Assembly: GCA_964016885.1 (NCBI GenBank)
Contig: OZ024741.1
Span: forward strand, 40,920,001-40,984,000
Origin: Eledone cirrhosa
Lineage: Eukaryota
Reading direction: 5' to 3'
Length of the DNA: 64,000 nucleotides
Shown: positions 49,706 to 63,536 of the stretch, one piece after another
Numbering within the stretch: position 1 is the stretch's first letter
Layout: each line of letters opens with the position of its first letter
The notes under the pieces: model-generated
What the model saw: the letters and a program-made list of their open reading frames with translations, nothing else
Databases searched by the model: none
What the model was told of the DNA's origin: nothing
Program-made: the position numbers and the translations under genes

Positions 49706-50556
49706 GATGATGATGGTGATAATTACACTTATGTTATGAATTGTAAAGAAAAAAGACGAAATCCTTACGTATTAAAGTGATAAATTTTACAGAAGACTCA
49801 GGAAATAATATGTAAAAATCTTGGAGAAAAATAGATTCTGATTATGACACATACAATATTAACTTCTCCTTACTGTTCCTCATCTCTCCCATTTTACTTT
49901 GAGCTCTTTGAGCTAAATTAGGTAATCTTTCTGCTCACAACTTTAGGCTATTTCCAAGATAAGCTGGCCCTTAGAAGATTAATTGCTGCAGAGAAATAGA
50001 CACATATTTCGTTAAGCTTCTGAACAAGCTGTTAACGTTAATGGAAAAAGTGGTTTACAAGATTAGTCTCCCCTCTCATAGATGATCTCTAGTCAAATGA
50101 GTCAGAAAGGCTATATTATGCAACAGATGAAAGGTTGATGTAGCTGGAGGAGTGTGGCAGGCTGGATTGATGGAATTAGTGGTGATTGAGGAGAGAGGTG
50201 GCGGTTGTTGATTGGATGGTTGGGTGGTTGGATAGTTAATCTATTGACTATTATAACATATTTCATGTCAAACTTTCTAACAGTGTGCATATGTATGTAT
50301 ATGTAGTGTATGTATATGTATGCATTAATATGTATATGCATGTGTGTGTGTGTTAATAATAGTATATGTATTTGACTGTGTTCATTACAGTATGTATGTA
50401 GGAGTATTAGCCTGAATTGTATGAATTTAGATGTCATTTCTGAGTGTGTGTGTATGTATGTGTGTCTATAGTATGTGTTATTTTATCAGTGCTGATTGTA
50501 GTATGTGTGTATGTATTCATTTCATGTTTATGCATTCATTATTATGGTATATGTAA

Positions 50557-50745
50557 GGGTGGTGGATTGGCAGTATCGGTAGAGGGTCGGACGCTATGCT
50601 TTGACGTATAGAGTTACGGCCCTTGTCATTCTGAGTTCAAATCCCGCCGAGGTTAACTTTGCCTTTCATCCTTACGGGGTCGATAAAATAAAGTACCAGT
50701 AATGCTCTGGGTAATTGCTGGCCTTGTGCCAAACGTAGAAACAAT
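50557..50745 (+). mobile_element. Family A SINE, young full-length copy
   Basis: A box TGGCAGTATCGG, B box GAGTTCAAATCC, CpGs retained; ATTATTATGGTATATGTA duplicated on both sides. Confidence 0.9.
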
Positions 50746-50810
50746 TATTATGGTATATGTATTTGCTGTATTGCTTCTTAAGGTTATATACGTTCACACA
50801 CACACTCACT

Positions 50811-50883
<73 letters not shown>

Positions 50884-52957
50884 GGGGAGAGAGAGAGAGA
50901 GGGGGAGAGAGAGAGTGTATGAGCTGGTGCTTATTCAAGAGTGTATGTAAAGTGAGTCCTCTATATGCATGTGTATGTATATATACTTGCATATGCAAGT
51001 GTATGTGCAATCTGTCACAGTATTAGTTACTCTGTTAAAGTTTTCTTGTTATGTTTGTACTGTTGGAAACATCTAGCATTTAGGACCCCCAAACCATCTC
51101 CCTACACACAGTGATTAAGGTGGAGATGGCTATCGACAGGAATGTATCCCAGGACTGTCTCTTTCAGTGCATCTCCCCCTCTACATTCTCCTGGGTAACA
51201 CATTCACCATTCTATTTGAAGAGTCTAGGAAGCAGCAAATATATATATATATATATAAAACCTCTCTACCTATCTATCTACCCAGCCAATATGATACTGA
51301 GAACATAAATAGACATGCAATCATCAAGTCCTGAGTTCTATCCCACTCTATTGTAGATTGGGCAATAGCCTCACTTTGACTCATGGATTGTGAAAGAAAT
51401 TGGGTAGACAGAAAGTGACCCCCATTGGAAGGATTATACTTGTAATTCAGAAAGCTAGCCTTGTCATAATTTGAATCATGCTGAATCTCCCTGAGAATTA
51501 CATTAAGGACCAATGTGTCTGGAATTTTTAGCCACTCAATTTTGTGAGCAAGCTGTTCTGTTATGTGGACAACTAGAGCACTTATCAGAACTGATAGAGG
51601 TCTATCAAAAGACAAAAAAGGTTTGGATTCACTTGGACTTCAAGTTTACTTTCATTGGGTATTTCATCCAGAATCTGGTCTAGATGAATTAGCTACTGAA
51701 GTAAAAACCTGGAGTCACAGTCAATCCAAGATATTGAACATATTTGAAACTACTACCAGTATTGAATGCCCCCCCCGCCCCATGTCAGTTTATGTGGGTT
51801 ATTATATATAGCAACATTAACTCTTTTTGCCTGTCTCTCTCTCTCCCATAGTCATATGATAATTTTTCAAATTTTAACTTTAATTGTAGGAATCTCAAAC
51901 ATGGAAATAGCTGTGAAATAGCCCGCTGCTATTTTGAATAGCTAAAGTCAACATATAACCTCTTATGAGTGGACGAACGGTCAGAGAAGAAGGGAGAGAG
52001 AGAACGAAAGAACCAGAGTGTAAATCATATGATGAGAAAAGAGGGAGGTATAGAGAGAAAAGAAAAGTAGGATTGAGAGCGATGAAGAAAAAGTTTGACA
52101 TGAAGAATTACGAAAGAACAACAATGGAGAAAAGTTAAAGAATGTAAAAGAAATAAAGAACTATAGTATTGTAATTACCTCATCAGCTTCCTTCTAGCCA
52201 TGTGATTTCATGTGGGAAAAGGAAATATCTATTTAAGGCTAGCCTGCACAACAGAATCAACATTTCTATTGGCATGACGCTGCTATATAGATAAAACAAA
52301 ACAAATTTAATGTTAAATTTATTTTGTTTCCCCTAATCTAATGTTTAATTCATTTTGTTGCATGTCAAAATACTATCCAGTTGTAGAAATCTTGCTATAC
52401 AAAGGGTTTGAAGGACCTTCAGTTGTGTCAAAGACATGACAACTTCTTGGTGGATTGTGAGACCATATATAAGTGAGACACAGATCTCTGGCCTGTCTGG
52501 GAGATCAGTAGCTCTGCTTCAGTACTGACTTGGTCTGAGTAGACCCATCCAACTCTTGCTAGCAAGGAAAGCAGACATTAAAACGACAATCAAGATGATG
52601 ATGATGTTCACTTATATTATTTTCTGCTTCATTGTTTATTTTCTTTACATTTACCATGTTGATCAGTATCATCTTACTACACTGTTGTCAGTGGATGGGG
52701 AAATTTTTGTCCTGCATCTACTGACATCTTGAAATAGACAGTGTAATTTAGTTCAAATCTCATTATGTCTATTCCAGTTTGGCAGCTGATGAACAACACT
52801 ATGTTATTGTTTTCTTCTGTCATATTTGTTTAGGTCTCTGTTCTCTTGTGCAGAATTTTTGATTATATAATTTATATACATGTATGTATACATGTCTTTA
52901 AATGTATGTAAGTGTGTGTGTGCATACATATATATATATATATATATATGCATGTGT

Positions 52958-53260
52958 GAAGGCACATGGCTTTGTGGTTAGGGTATTCAGCTCACAATAG
53001 TAAGGTTGTGAGTTCGATTCCCAGTGGCGCGTTGTGTCCTTGAGCAAGAAACTTTATTTTATGTTGCTCCAGTCCACTCAATTGGTAAAAATGAGTTGTA
53101 CCTGTAATTCAAAAGGTCAGCTTTTGTTATGCTGAATCTCCCTGAGGAATACATTAAGGGTATGCCTGTCGGTAGAATTTCAGCCACCTGCACATTAATT
53201 TCACAGTTGATCATATCAACTGGAACACTCGTCATCGTAGCCAATGGAGTGCCAGTTTAA
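52958..53260 (+). mobile_element. tRNA-headed CORE-like SINE with a different 3' body (family C)
   Basis: TGGCTTTGTGG and GAGTTCGATTC boxes, GTGTCCTTGAGCAAGAAACTT; GCTGAATCTCCCTGAG block also seen at ~51480. Confidence 0.75.
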
Positions 53261-53363
53261 AAAGTAAAAAAAAAATGAAATTTCGTATTTCTAAAAAAAT
53301 ACGGTATGTTTATGGATAGATATTTAGAAAGCCATAGCTATGCAAAACACCCTCTGGTGGTGT

Positions 53364-53452
53364 CCAGCAGAAGCAAGGGAGGCAATCGTCAATGCATTTC
53401 GAACTTATCTGATTCTCATCCTGACGATCCCTCCCACGCTTGCGACTACTGG
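53364..53452 (-). ncRNA. Degenerate hammerhead closed by a long imperfect stem I
   Basis: ...GGGAGGG-ATCGTC-AGGATGA-GAAT..GTTC-GAAA-TGCA-TT-GACGAT-TGCCTCCC...; core CTGATGA altered to AGGATGA. Confidence 0.5.
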
Positions 53453-53596
53453 ATTTGAAAACAGGTGAGAATATATGTTTTCTTGTCTGTAAATGAGGTG
53501 ATTAATCTCATTTGCATATGAAGCTGCATAAGTTGGCTCAACTTATAATAGAATAGAATTAGGAATTAGTTTCATGCATAGTTGTATACAGATATG

Positions 53597-53627
<31 letters not shown>

Positions 53628-54097
53628 GCATATACATATATGGAAAAAATAAATAGAAACAACAAAGCAAACAACACAGTACAATGTACAACAAAGAAAT
53701 ATATTAGTTTAACACTTGATATAGTAACAAACAAATCTTTACGTTTCGAGCACTAGTCCTTCATTAGACAATAGAATAAGAAATAGAATTTGAAATAGAA
53801 AGATAGAAAAGGCAGGAATGGGAAAATATTTTTGAGAAAAAAGCACGTGTGTATTCAGTCAGTCATTTTGAGATAAATATATGAGAGGCATCTATAAAAT
53901 AAGAGAGGAAACTAGAGTGAATTATCCATGTGTATATATTTGATTGTGTTGGTACACTTATTGCTGCATGGGTGGGTTTATGTTGATATGTATTTGAGGG
54001 AGTGTTAGGATATCTTTGTTTAGGTGGGACAGAGGAGGTGGGGAGGGGGAGAACGAGAGGGAGAGTAAGGTGAGAGAGTAACACAAGAGTGTGAATC

Positions 54098-54620
54098 AGT
54101 TGGTGGTGGTGATGGTGGTGGTGGTCGTTGTGATGGTGGTGGTGGTGGCGTTGGTGGAGGTGGTGGTGGTGGTGGTGATGGTGTTGGTAGTGGTGGTGAT
54201 GGGAGCGTTGGTGGTGGTGGTGGAGGTGTTGGTGGTGATGGTGGAGGTGGTGGTGTTGATAGTGATGGCGGTCGTGATGGTGGTGATGGTGGCGTTGGTG
54301 GAGGTGGTGATGGTGGTGGTGATGGTGTTGGTGGTAGTAGTGGTGGTGGTGGAGGTGTTGGTTGAGGTGGTGATGGTGGAGGTGTTGATAGTGATGGCGG
54401 TGGTGATGGTGGTGATGGTGGCGTTGGTGATGATGGTGGTGATGGTGGCGTTGGTGGTGATGGTGGTGGTGATGGTGTTGGTGGTGGTAGTGGTGGTGAT
54501 GGGAGCGTTGGTGGTGGTGTTGGTGGAGGTGGTGATGGTAGAGGTGGTGGTGTTGATAATGATGGCGATGGTGAAGGTGGTAGTGGTGATGGTGGTGATG
54601 GTAGTGATGGTGGTGTTGTT
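54098..54620. repeat. Compound (GGT/GAT/GTT)n trinucleotide tract
   Basis: Source of the poly-His and poly-Val ORF artefacts. Confidence 0.95.
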
Positions 54621-54769
54621 TAGAGCTAGAGATGTGATCGTAAAGATACACTTATTCTCTCATTCCACCATCTTTCCTTTTATTGATAATATTGCTAAAA
54701 CAATGAATCCCAGAATAATTCATAATCTCTCAAACCAAAACTACATAATTCCTAGCCATAACCAATCAA

Positions 54770-55822
54770 AGCAGCTACAACAACAGCAGCAACAGTATCA
54801 CAACACCAGTGTCACAACAACAACAGTAGCAGCACAACAACAACAATAGCAGCAACAGTATCACAACAACAATAGCAACAACATTATCACAACAACAACA
54901 ACAACAACAGCAACAACAGTATCACAACAACTGTGTCACAACAACAATAGCAGCAACAGTGTTACAACAACAACAACAGTGTCACAACAACAATAGCAGC
55001 AACAGTGTTACAACAACAACATCAGTGTCACAACAACAAGTTTTAACAACAGCAACATTAACAGAAACAAAAACAGCAGCATGAGCAACAACAACAATAG
55101 CAACAACAGCAGCACAACAAATTTTAACAGCAACACCACCATCACCACCGACAACAACAGCAACACCACCACCACCATCGACAACAACAACAACACCACC
55201 ACCAACAACAACAACAAACCACCACCACCACCGACAACAACAACATCACTATCACCACTGACAACAACTAACCACCACCACCACCACCGACAACAACAAC
55301 ATCACCACCGACAACAACAACAAACCACCACCACCGACAACATCACTATCACCATCACCACTGACAATAACAACATGACCACTATCACCATCACCACCGA
55401 CAACAACAACAACATCACCACCGACAACAACAACTAACCACCACCACCGACAACAACAACAACAACAACACCACCACCAACAACAACAACACCACCACCG
55501 ACAACAACAACAGCATCACCACCACCACCGACAACAACAACAGCAACACCCTCACCACCACCGACAACAACACCACCAACAACAACAACACCACCACCGA
55601 CAACAACAACAGCATCACCACCACCACCGACAACAACAACGGCAACACCCTCACCACCACCGACAACAACACCACCAACAACAACAACACCACCATCACC
55701 ACCACCGACAACAACACCACCGACAACAACAACAACAACAACGACACCACCACTACCAACAACAACAACACCACCATCACCACCACCACCAACAACAACA
55801 CCACTACCACCACCACCAACAA
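54770..55822. repeat. Compound (CAA/CAG/CAC)n trinucleotide tract with higher-order units
   Basis: Direct inspection. Confidence 0.95.
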
Positions 55823-55924
55823 ACAGCTACCATTTCTTCTCCCTAGCCACCAGAAGATTTGGCTGTAAAATGCTTGGCTTTTCAGTCAACACCCACCTCC
55901 CATACATACACACATCCCCCCATT

Positions 55925-56152
55925 CTCTCCCTCACTCGCTCTCACTCTCTTTCTTGCTCACTCTCTCCCTCTCTTTTTCTCTCGCTCACTCTCTCCCTCC
56001 CTCACTTTCTCTCTTGCCCTCTCCCTCTCTTTCTCCATCACTCTCTCTCTCTCTCGCTTGCTCACTCTCTCCCTAACTCTCTCTTGCTCACTCTCTCCCT
56101 ATCTTTCTCTCTTGCTCACTCTCTCTTTCTCTCTCCCTCCCTCCCTCTCTTG
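55925..56152. repeat. Polypyrimidine (CT)n-rich tract
   Basis: Direct inspection. Confidence 0.9.
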
Positions 56153-56436
56153 CTGTGATTGAGAAATATTCCAGCAATCCAGCAACACTTTCTGATGTAT
56201 ACAAATGGTTTGGGAGGAAAGATTTTCTTTTATTCTAACTTTTGATTGAAGATGGGTTTGAAAATCACGATGAATATGAATTCCATCAGTTGGATATAAA
56301 CAGTGATTATTAATTACGTGTTTCATTACCCCCACACCCAACCCAGCACCACCCCGCATCTCCCTGCGTGCTTCTTTCATCCTGAAACCTAAAATTTTCA
56401 CATACTTTGACTTCAACTTGTGGGGAAAATAGCAAA

Positions 56437-56484
<48 letters not shown>

Positions 56485-56562
56485 GTGGTGATGATGATGA
56501 TGATGGTGATGGTGGTGGTGGTGATGATGATGATGATGATAGTAATGGTGGTGATGATGATG

Positions 56563-57195
56563 ATTGTTTCTACTTTTGGCATAAGGCCAGTTCTCTGTGG
56601 GGAAGGGAAAGCCGATTAAATTGACCCTAGTGCATTACTGGTACTTTATTTTATCGACCCTGTAAGGATGAAAGGCAAAGTTAACCTCGGCAGGATTTGA
56701 ACTCAGAACGTAGAGGGCCATAACTCTAAGCCACTACGCATGTTGTCCAATGCTCTACTGAGCTCTACTGTTGTCCAATGCTCTACCACCCTAATAATAA
56801 TTGTTTCTACTTTTGGCACAAGGCCAGCAATTATCCCAGTGTATTACTGGTACTTTATTTTATCGACCCCGTAAGGATGAAAGGCAAAGTTAACCTCGGC
56901 GGGATTTGAACTCAGAATGGCAAGGGCCGTAACTCTTTGCTGCAAAGCATGGTGTCCGACCCTCTACCGATACAGCCAACCCACCGCCCTAATAATAATA
57001 ATAACAATAATTGTTTCTACTTTTGGCACAAGGCCTCAATTATCTCAGTGCATTACTGGTGCTTTATTTTATCGACCCCATAAAGATGAAAGGCAAAGCT
57101 AACCTTGGCAGGATTTGAACTCAGAACGTAAAGGGAAGCAACTCTATGCTGTGAAGTACGTTGTCTGGCGCTCTTTCGATACTGCCAATCCTAAT
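56563..57195 (-). mobile_element. Head-to-tail array of three family A SINEs
   Basis: Three ATTGTTTCTACTTTTGGCA...GGATTTGAACTCAG units separated by (TAA)n. Confidence 0.9.
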
Positions 57196-57496
57196 AATAA
57201 TTATAATAATGATTTCTACTATCTATGTGTGGTCGTATGTGTTATGTGTGTGGTTGTATGTGTGCTTGTAAGTATCTGTTTATGCTTTTCAAATGAAGCA
57301 ATTTGTCCATCAGCTACTTATCTGCTGCCTCCTTCTATATAGCAAATGGAATTGGTTGCCTATAACCCAGGATTTATTCCATATCTGTGAACTACAAAAA
57401 AGCACCAAGTATAAGTCTCCAATGTAGCCTCACCAAGACTACTGGCCAAATATACTAAACTTGAAAGGACCATGTCCATTGTAATAATAATCATAG

Positions 57497-57655
57497 CATG
57501 GCTGAGTGGTTAAGGTGTCTGCTTCACAATCACATGGTTTTGGGTTCAATCCCATTGTATGGTACCCTGTGCAAGTGTCTGTTAATTATAGCCTTGACTT
57601 GAGCAATGGCTTGTAAGTGAAATTTGGTAGACAAAAACTGTTGGAAACCTGCATG
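57497..57655 (+). mobile_element. tRNA-headed SINE family D
   Basis: TGGCTGAGTGG and GGTTCAATCCC boxes; ATTTGGTAG..AAACTG 3' block shared with ~11290-11410 and ~51310-51430. Confidence 0.7.
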
Positions 57656-58183
57656 CATATATATATCACCATCATCATTTAATGTCCATCTTCACACTAG
57701 CATGGGTTAGACAGGTTTGTCCCATTTAGAGGCAAATTGGGTCGGATGACCATGTCTCGCTTATATAGGACAGTTTCTGGCTGGTTTTCTACAGCGGATG
57801 CCCTTTCTAACACCAAAACATTTACAGTGTGTGCTGGGTGCTTTTTGCTGTGTCTTCAACACGACCACTTTATAGTGTAGGCTGGATGTTTTATGGTACC
57901 AACATTATATATATAAACAACCATCCAGTTATCAAACCAACCAACTGGAAATTTATAATAAATTGAAGTGAAAACCAACAGGTGCGTGTGTTTTTATTGG
58001 CAGCATGACCCTCCCAAAGTACAACAATATCTGTTTCAACACACGTTTTCAGATAAGAAATCTTGCAAAACAAATTCAAAAACAAAATACACACAGACAC
58101 ACACGCACACACATATATATATATATACATATATATATCATGGTTTGTATGTATATATGTTTGTATATCTGCATTGTATATAT

Positions 58184-58470
58184 GCCTTTCTCAGGGCATT
58201 CTTCTAGGAGAAGGCAACTCAGGAAACTGGGATAACTCCGCTATAAAACCTGTGGCTGAGTAGTTACCGATGATGTTGATCTTTTCTTCTTTTCGGGTTA
58301 TAGCTACTGTCGCTCAGAGAGTGGGATTGGCTCAGTGCACAGTCTTTCCTCACTTTAAAAAATATCTTCACGCACAGGCATTGCACGATAGAATTAATTA
58401 TTATTAATAATGGTATATCGTGCAATGGCCATACTCGATAATGAGGGGGCAGCCATCATGTATAAATGTA
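58184..58470 (+). mobile_element. Diverged short relative of the 38703 element
   Basis: Shares TTCTAGGAGAAGG, GATGTTGA..T.TTCTTCTTTT.GG, GAGAGTGGGA.TGGCT and the TACTCGA...GGCAGCCA.CATG end. Confidence 0.6.
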
Positions 58471-59581
58471 TGTGTGTATATATATATGTGTGTGTGTGCA
58501 TGCATGTATATATGTGTGTGTTTATGTTTATGTTTTCTGTTTGTTTATAACCCTGTAACTTAAAGGTTTGACAAATAGAGTTCAATAAAAATAAGTAGGA
58601 GAGTTGCAAAAAACAAAAACAAAATATATATGGAGATCAATTTGTTTTTGATACCAACCCTCCTTAAATCACCCTTTGTTCTATCACACAAAGCTGATTA
58701 TTTTAATTGGTTTATATTTAACAACCATCCTTCATAATTTTATGTAAAAACCTTTGTTAAGTTATGTTCCAAACACCAACTTAATAATGAGAAATTTATA
58801 TTACAAAATGATTCAAAATTTATTATTATTTTCAACACTATTTCAAAATCAAAGACTGTGTTTTTTTAATTTTGTTATTAGAAATATGGTAATGAAAGGG
58901 TTATCACTACCCCAGCATGGTCTCAGTCTAATGACCAAAATCAGTAAAAGAGTAAAAGACTAGAAGACAACATAAAGAAGCACTACTTAGAATAGAATGA
59001 TGTGCTCTCAGCTGTACGAAGATGTTGGCAGCAGATATAATATGCCATGCCATACCATGCCAATATATGAAGCTTTCAGAAATGTGGTCCCCATACACTA
59101 ACATTTCACCTAATTAAGCCCTATTTAAAATGCAGATTTAGTGAAGAGAGAAAATCTTTGTTGGCATTACACAATTGGACGAATTAATCATGTAAGGTGT
59201 AGAGAAGGGGTCAGAGAAGAGAGAACAAGGAAGTAGGAGAATGTTGAGCCGTAGCATTTATTTGGAGAATGGCAAGATAAAAGAGTTTCTTCCTGAATAT
59301 TCTCAGGTTCTCTGTCTCTGTTTTTCTCTCTCGCCATACATACGTATACACATTCAGTCATATATACATATATACATGCACATACATATCCACATATACA
59401 TGCACATACATATACATACATATACAAACATACATAATATATGCATATATACATACATATATATATACAAGCTCGTACACATACACATAAAAACATACAT
59501 AATATATGCATATATACTTATATATATACATGCACGTACACATACATACATATACAAACATACAAAATATATGCATATATG

Positions 59582-59835
59582 TCATCATCATCATCACTCG
59601 TCGACTATTGTCGAGATGATGGATCTCACTCTCATGCCCCAGAATCCCCTGTCCCCCATCGCTGCCCCCAGGTCCTGTCTGCTGATTCCCGTATCCCTAG
59701 AAATAACGTCAGGGAATGACAGCTTCCTACTCCAAGTCAGGCTGGAGTCAGGGTTCCAGAGCAAGAGAGCGGATATGATTTCATTGCTGGCACAGTGACA
59801 GTGGCCAGCAAATTGAGCTCTCCGGGATTTTAAGC
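59582..59835 (-). mobile_element. RTE 3' fragment (13847-like lineage)
   Basis: RRAQFAGHCH...LLLWNP...ISRDTG...AMGDRGFW plus (TGA)n tail at the stop. Confidence 0.8.
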
Positions 59836-59974
59836 AGAGAACAAAAAACAGAAAAACGAAGAGGCAGTACAAATGATATTAGTATTAGTTTCACACACAC
59901 ACACACATATATATATATATACACAAAATATACACACACACACATACATATGCATGCACACATATTTACTCAGT

Positions 59975-60195
59975 TTACTCAGCTGTAGAAATGAGATGAT
60001 AGGGACTGCAGTCCCTATCATTCCACTGCAAAGTGGTCGTGGAGGTGCCACGGCAAAAAAGCACCCAGCACTCACTGTAAATGAGGTTGGTGTTAGGAAG
60101 GGCATCCAGCTGTAGAAATCAAGCCAGAATCAGTTCCCGTCCCACCCTTGCAAGCAGGGAAAAGTGGACGTAAAATGAAATGATGAAAATGATGA
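59975..60195 (+). mobile_element. 5'-truncated family B SINE
   Basis: Matches the 3' two-thirds of 28165-28507. Confidence 0.85.
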
Positions 60196-60572
60196 CATAT
60201 ATACATTCATACACATCATACATAAATATATATATATACATACACAAATCACTGTAATATTTGGCTCATTTGTTTGCACTCAATTCATTTCAGATACAAT
60301 TGTAGGCAAGAAGGGTGCTAGTCAACGGTAGAGCCAGAACATAGCAACAAAAGGAAGTCCCACAACTGTTCAACTTCAGCCAAAATATATTTCATTCTCA
60401 AATCAAATAGAACATTACTTGACTTATTTCAGTTGAAATATGAATGTACTGTATTTCTTTACACTCTTAAAATACAGCTAAGTATTTAAAGTGTTAAAGT
60501 TAAACCAACAATTGTAAATAAGAGTGATACTCACTACTACTTTACAGAGTGTACTGGACATATTTTAATGTT

Positions 60573-60780
60573 TTAACCCTTACATTACTCTATATTTACT
60601 ATTGTATTTTCGCGGTAAACACTTTATCTCACATAATATCTAATCTATGATGTTTTGATATTATTTAATTTGAGGACAATACCTTAACATCAGAATGAGT
60701 AGCCTGTCACAGCCAGTTTGAATAGAAAGAGGCAAGAGAATTCTGGCTGGATATGACCAGTTTAAATGCTAAAAGGTTAA
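60573..60780. mobile_element. TTAA MITE (inverted relative to the 17202 copy)
   Basis: TTAACCCTT...TGCTAAAAGGTTAA. Confidence 0.8.
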
Positions 60781-61145
60781 TGTCACACCAGCACTACACT
60801 GGATGTCAAGTCCTCAACATAACTAAATAATTCCCACTACTCTATGTTGTCTCCAGTTAATCCTCAACCACTTTACAGAGTGTACTTGGTGCATTTTATC
60901 ATCACCCCAGCACTAGACTGGATATCAAATCCTCAATATGACTAAATAGTTCCCCCCTTCTATGTTGTTTGATTTCCAACATCAACCACTTTACAGAGTG
61001 TACTTGGTGCATTTTATGATCACCCCAGCACTAGACTGGATATCAAGTTCTTGACATGACTAAATAGTTCCCTCCTGCCTATGTTGTCTCTAGTTAATCA
61101 ACAACCACTTTACAGAGTGTACTGGGTGCATTTTATCATGGCACC
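60781..61145. repeat. ~118-bp tandem repeat x~3
   Basis: CAACCACTTTACAGAGTGTACT.GGTGCATTTTAT recurs at ~60866, 60983 and 61102. Confidence 0.85.
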
Positions 61146-61799
61146 AAAATTAAGAGTTCACCTTGTCCACAATAATATTAACAAAACCTTTCCACAAAAA
61201 ATATTTTAATATGTGATTTTTTCCCAACAAATAACATAAATAGCTAAATTTAAAGGAACATCCAAACCATACAATCTTAAAAGACAATCAAAAGGCACTT
61301 TGGTCAGGTGGAGCTACAAAACTGACTCAGTTACCTGAGAATGTGGAAAGGAAATTCAGACTATGTCGCACTGCTTTGTCTGCTCTCTATTACCCAACCC
61401 ATGAGGACTTCAATGAAAATATAAAAGAGTTGTGTGGAGAGGTGGAAAGCTGTTATATAACCATTATGATTGCTTTCAAGAAACACTAAGAACACTCAAC
61501 TATGATAGTTGAAACTATCTATTATATTCTATACAAATTTCTCTTATATAATATGTCCATGCCTAGTCTAAGATATATTACACTAAATTTCTACATACTT
61601 GTGGTAAGGTTTGATCATATCACTTTACATACAGAAAGCAACATTGCAAAGTTATTCATCAACGTAATGTATGGATAAAAACTAGATAAACATCTGTTAA
61701 TATTAGCCTTTGGTGTTTAACTACTTTGATATCATCATTATGTTTAATTTACTTTCTCCTTGACTATATAATTTAAACAAACATGAAACACAAATGTAT

Positions 61800-61891
61800 A
61801 CATACATACATATATACATATGTATGTGAGTGTATACATATATATATATAAATACACATATATATATGTGTGTATATGCATATATGTATAT

Positions 61892-61959
<68 letters not shown>

Positions 61960-62511
61960 CATATATATATATATGTATGTGCATATATGTATATAAATAA
62001 AAAAAAAATATATATATATATAAATACACATACATATGTGTGTGTATATGCATATATGTATATAAATAAATATATATATATATAAATACACATATATATG
62101 TGTATATGCATATATGTATATAAATAAATATATATATATATAAATACACATATATATGTGTATATGCATATATGCATATAAATAAATATATATATATATA
62201 TAAATACACATATATATATGTGTATATGCATATATGTATATAAATAAATAAATAAATATATATATATATATAAATACACACATATATATGTGTATATGCA
62301 TATATGTATATAAATAAATAAATATATATATATATATATATATAAATACACACATATATATGTGTATACGCATATATGTATATAAATAAATATATATATA
62401 TATATATATATATAAATACACATATATATGTGTATATGCATATATGTATATAAATAAATATATATATATAAATACACATATATATATGTGTATATGCATA
62501 TATGTATATAA

Positions 62512-62570
<59 letters not shown>
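61800..62570. repeat. AT-rich higher-order minisatellite (~55-62-bp unit built from (TA)n)
   Basis: Unit AAATACACA(TA)nTGTGTATATGCATATATGTATATAAATAAA(TA)n repeated about a dozen times. Confidence 0.9.
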
Positions 62571-62573
<3 letters not shown>

Positions 62574-63536
62574 TAATGACTACAGTAACTATAATTCTGT
62601 CCTTTATTTCTATGTACATACAAATCTAGATGAGATGATAGAGAGATAGAGAAAGCTATGGTGTGGGGGAGATGGAAAAAAATCAGAGGAAAGCCTAGAG
62701 AGATAGAGAAATTCACACACACATACAGCGAGAGAGAAGGGTGGAGAAATAGAATGAGAGTCATTGTATGTATGTGTGAGAGAGAGAGAGAGAGAGTTTA
62801 TTTTAAGTTAGTTAAAATTACACTTTTTAAGATCCTTAACTTCCTGACTTCAGAATTCATCAGGGGCTTTGCTCTGCAACTATGTGTGCAGGTGTGTGTA
62901 TATGAAGGAGATATGAAGAACAAAGAATTCTTCTCAGATATTTCAATTTCCCAAGAGAGATTTTCTTTAAGTAAATTGATTTGTGATACTTGATTCGGTT
63001 TTGGAAAATTTAAAAGATTATTATCTTATATAAGAAGGAGGCTTCTTTATGAGTGAAGTTGATGGAATGGATAATCAGCTGGGCTCCCTATATACAAGAA
63101 TTCCTGATCTTTTGAAATATTCTTTGCAGCTATGAAGCCAAGCTAATGGTTAATAAATAGGTAAGCAGGGTGTGGAGTTGTAGTCGTCTTCATCTTTCAA
63201 AACAGACTTTTGCTCTTGTGAAAATGAATTTAACATTAAAAGGAAGTGTTGAAACTATTAAATCACTGAATCTTATCTTTGAAGCCAGGATTATAATTCC
63301 TTTACTGGTTTCAGACATCAGACAGCAGCCAAGCTAGGGCCTCAGCTTCTAGGAGTTCAGATGCCACTTGCCCAAAGTTCAATAGTATGGGGCTGAACCC
63401 AAGGCAACATTGTGGCAAAGCAAACTCCTTAATCACACAGCTATGCCTTTGCTTGTATTTATTACCATTTAAAGTTTCATTTTTCCTTGTATATTTTATT
63501 GACGGAAAATGAATGTTTATTATATACTTCAGTAAA

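Noticed and set aside
53863-54849. 262-aa poly-His ORF and antisense 252-aa poly-Val ORF
   Set aside because: Both arise from a stop-poor trinucleotide tract; no non-repetitive coding context or splice evidence.
61721-62629. 250-290-aa YI/IY-rich ORFs (also at 1354, 19509, 34263 and elsewhere)
   Set aside because: Translations of (TA)n/(CA)n microsatellites.
63130-63166. Micro-exon with good splice signals (TTTGCAG...TAG|GTAAGC)
   Set aside because: Stops in all three frames and no supporting neighbouring exons.
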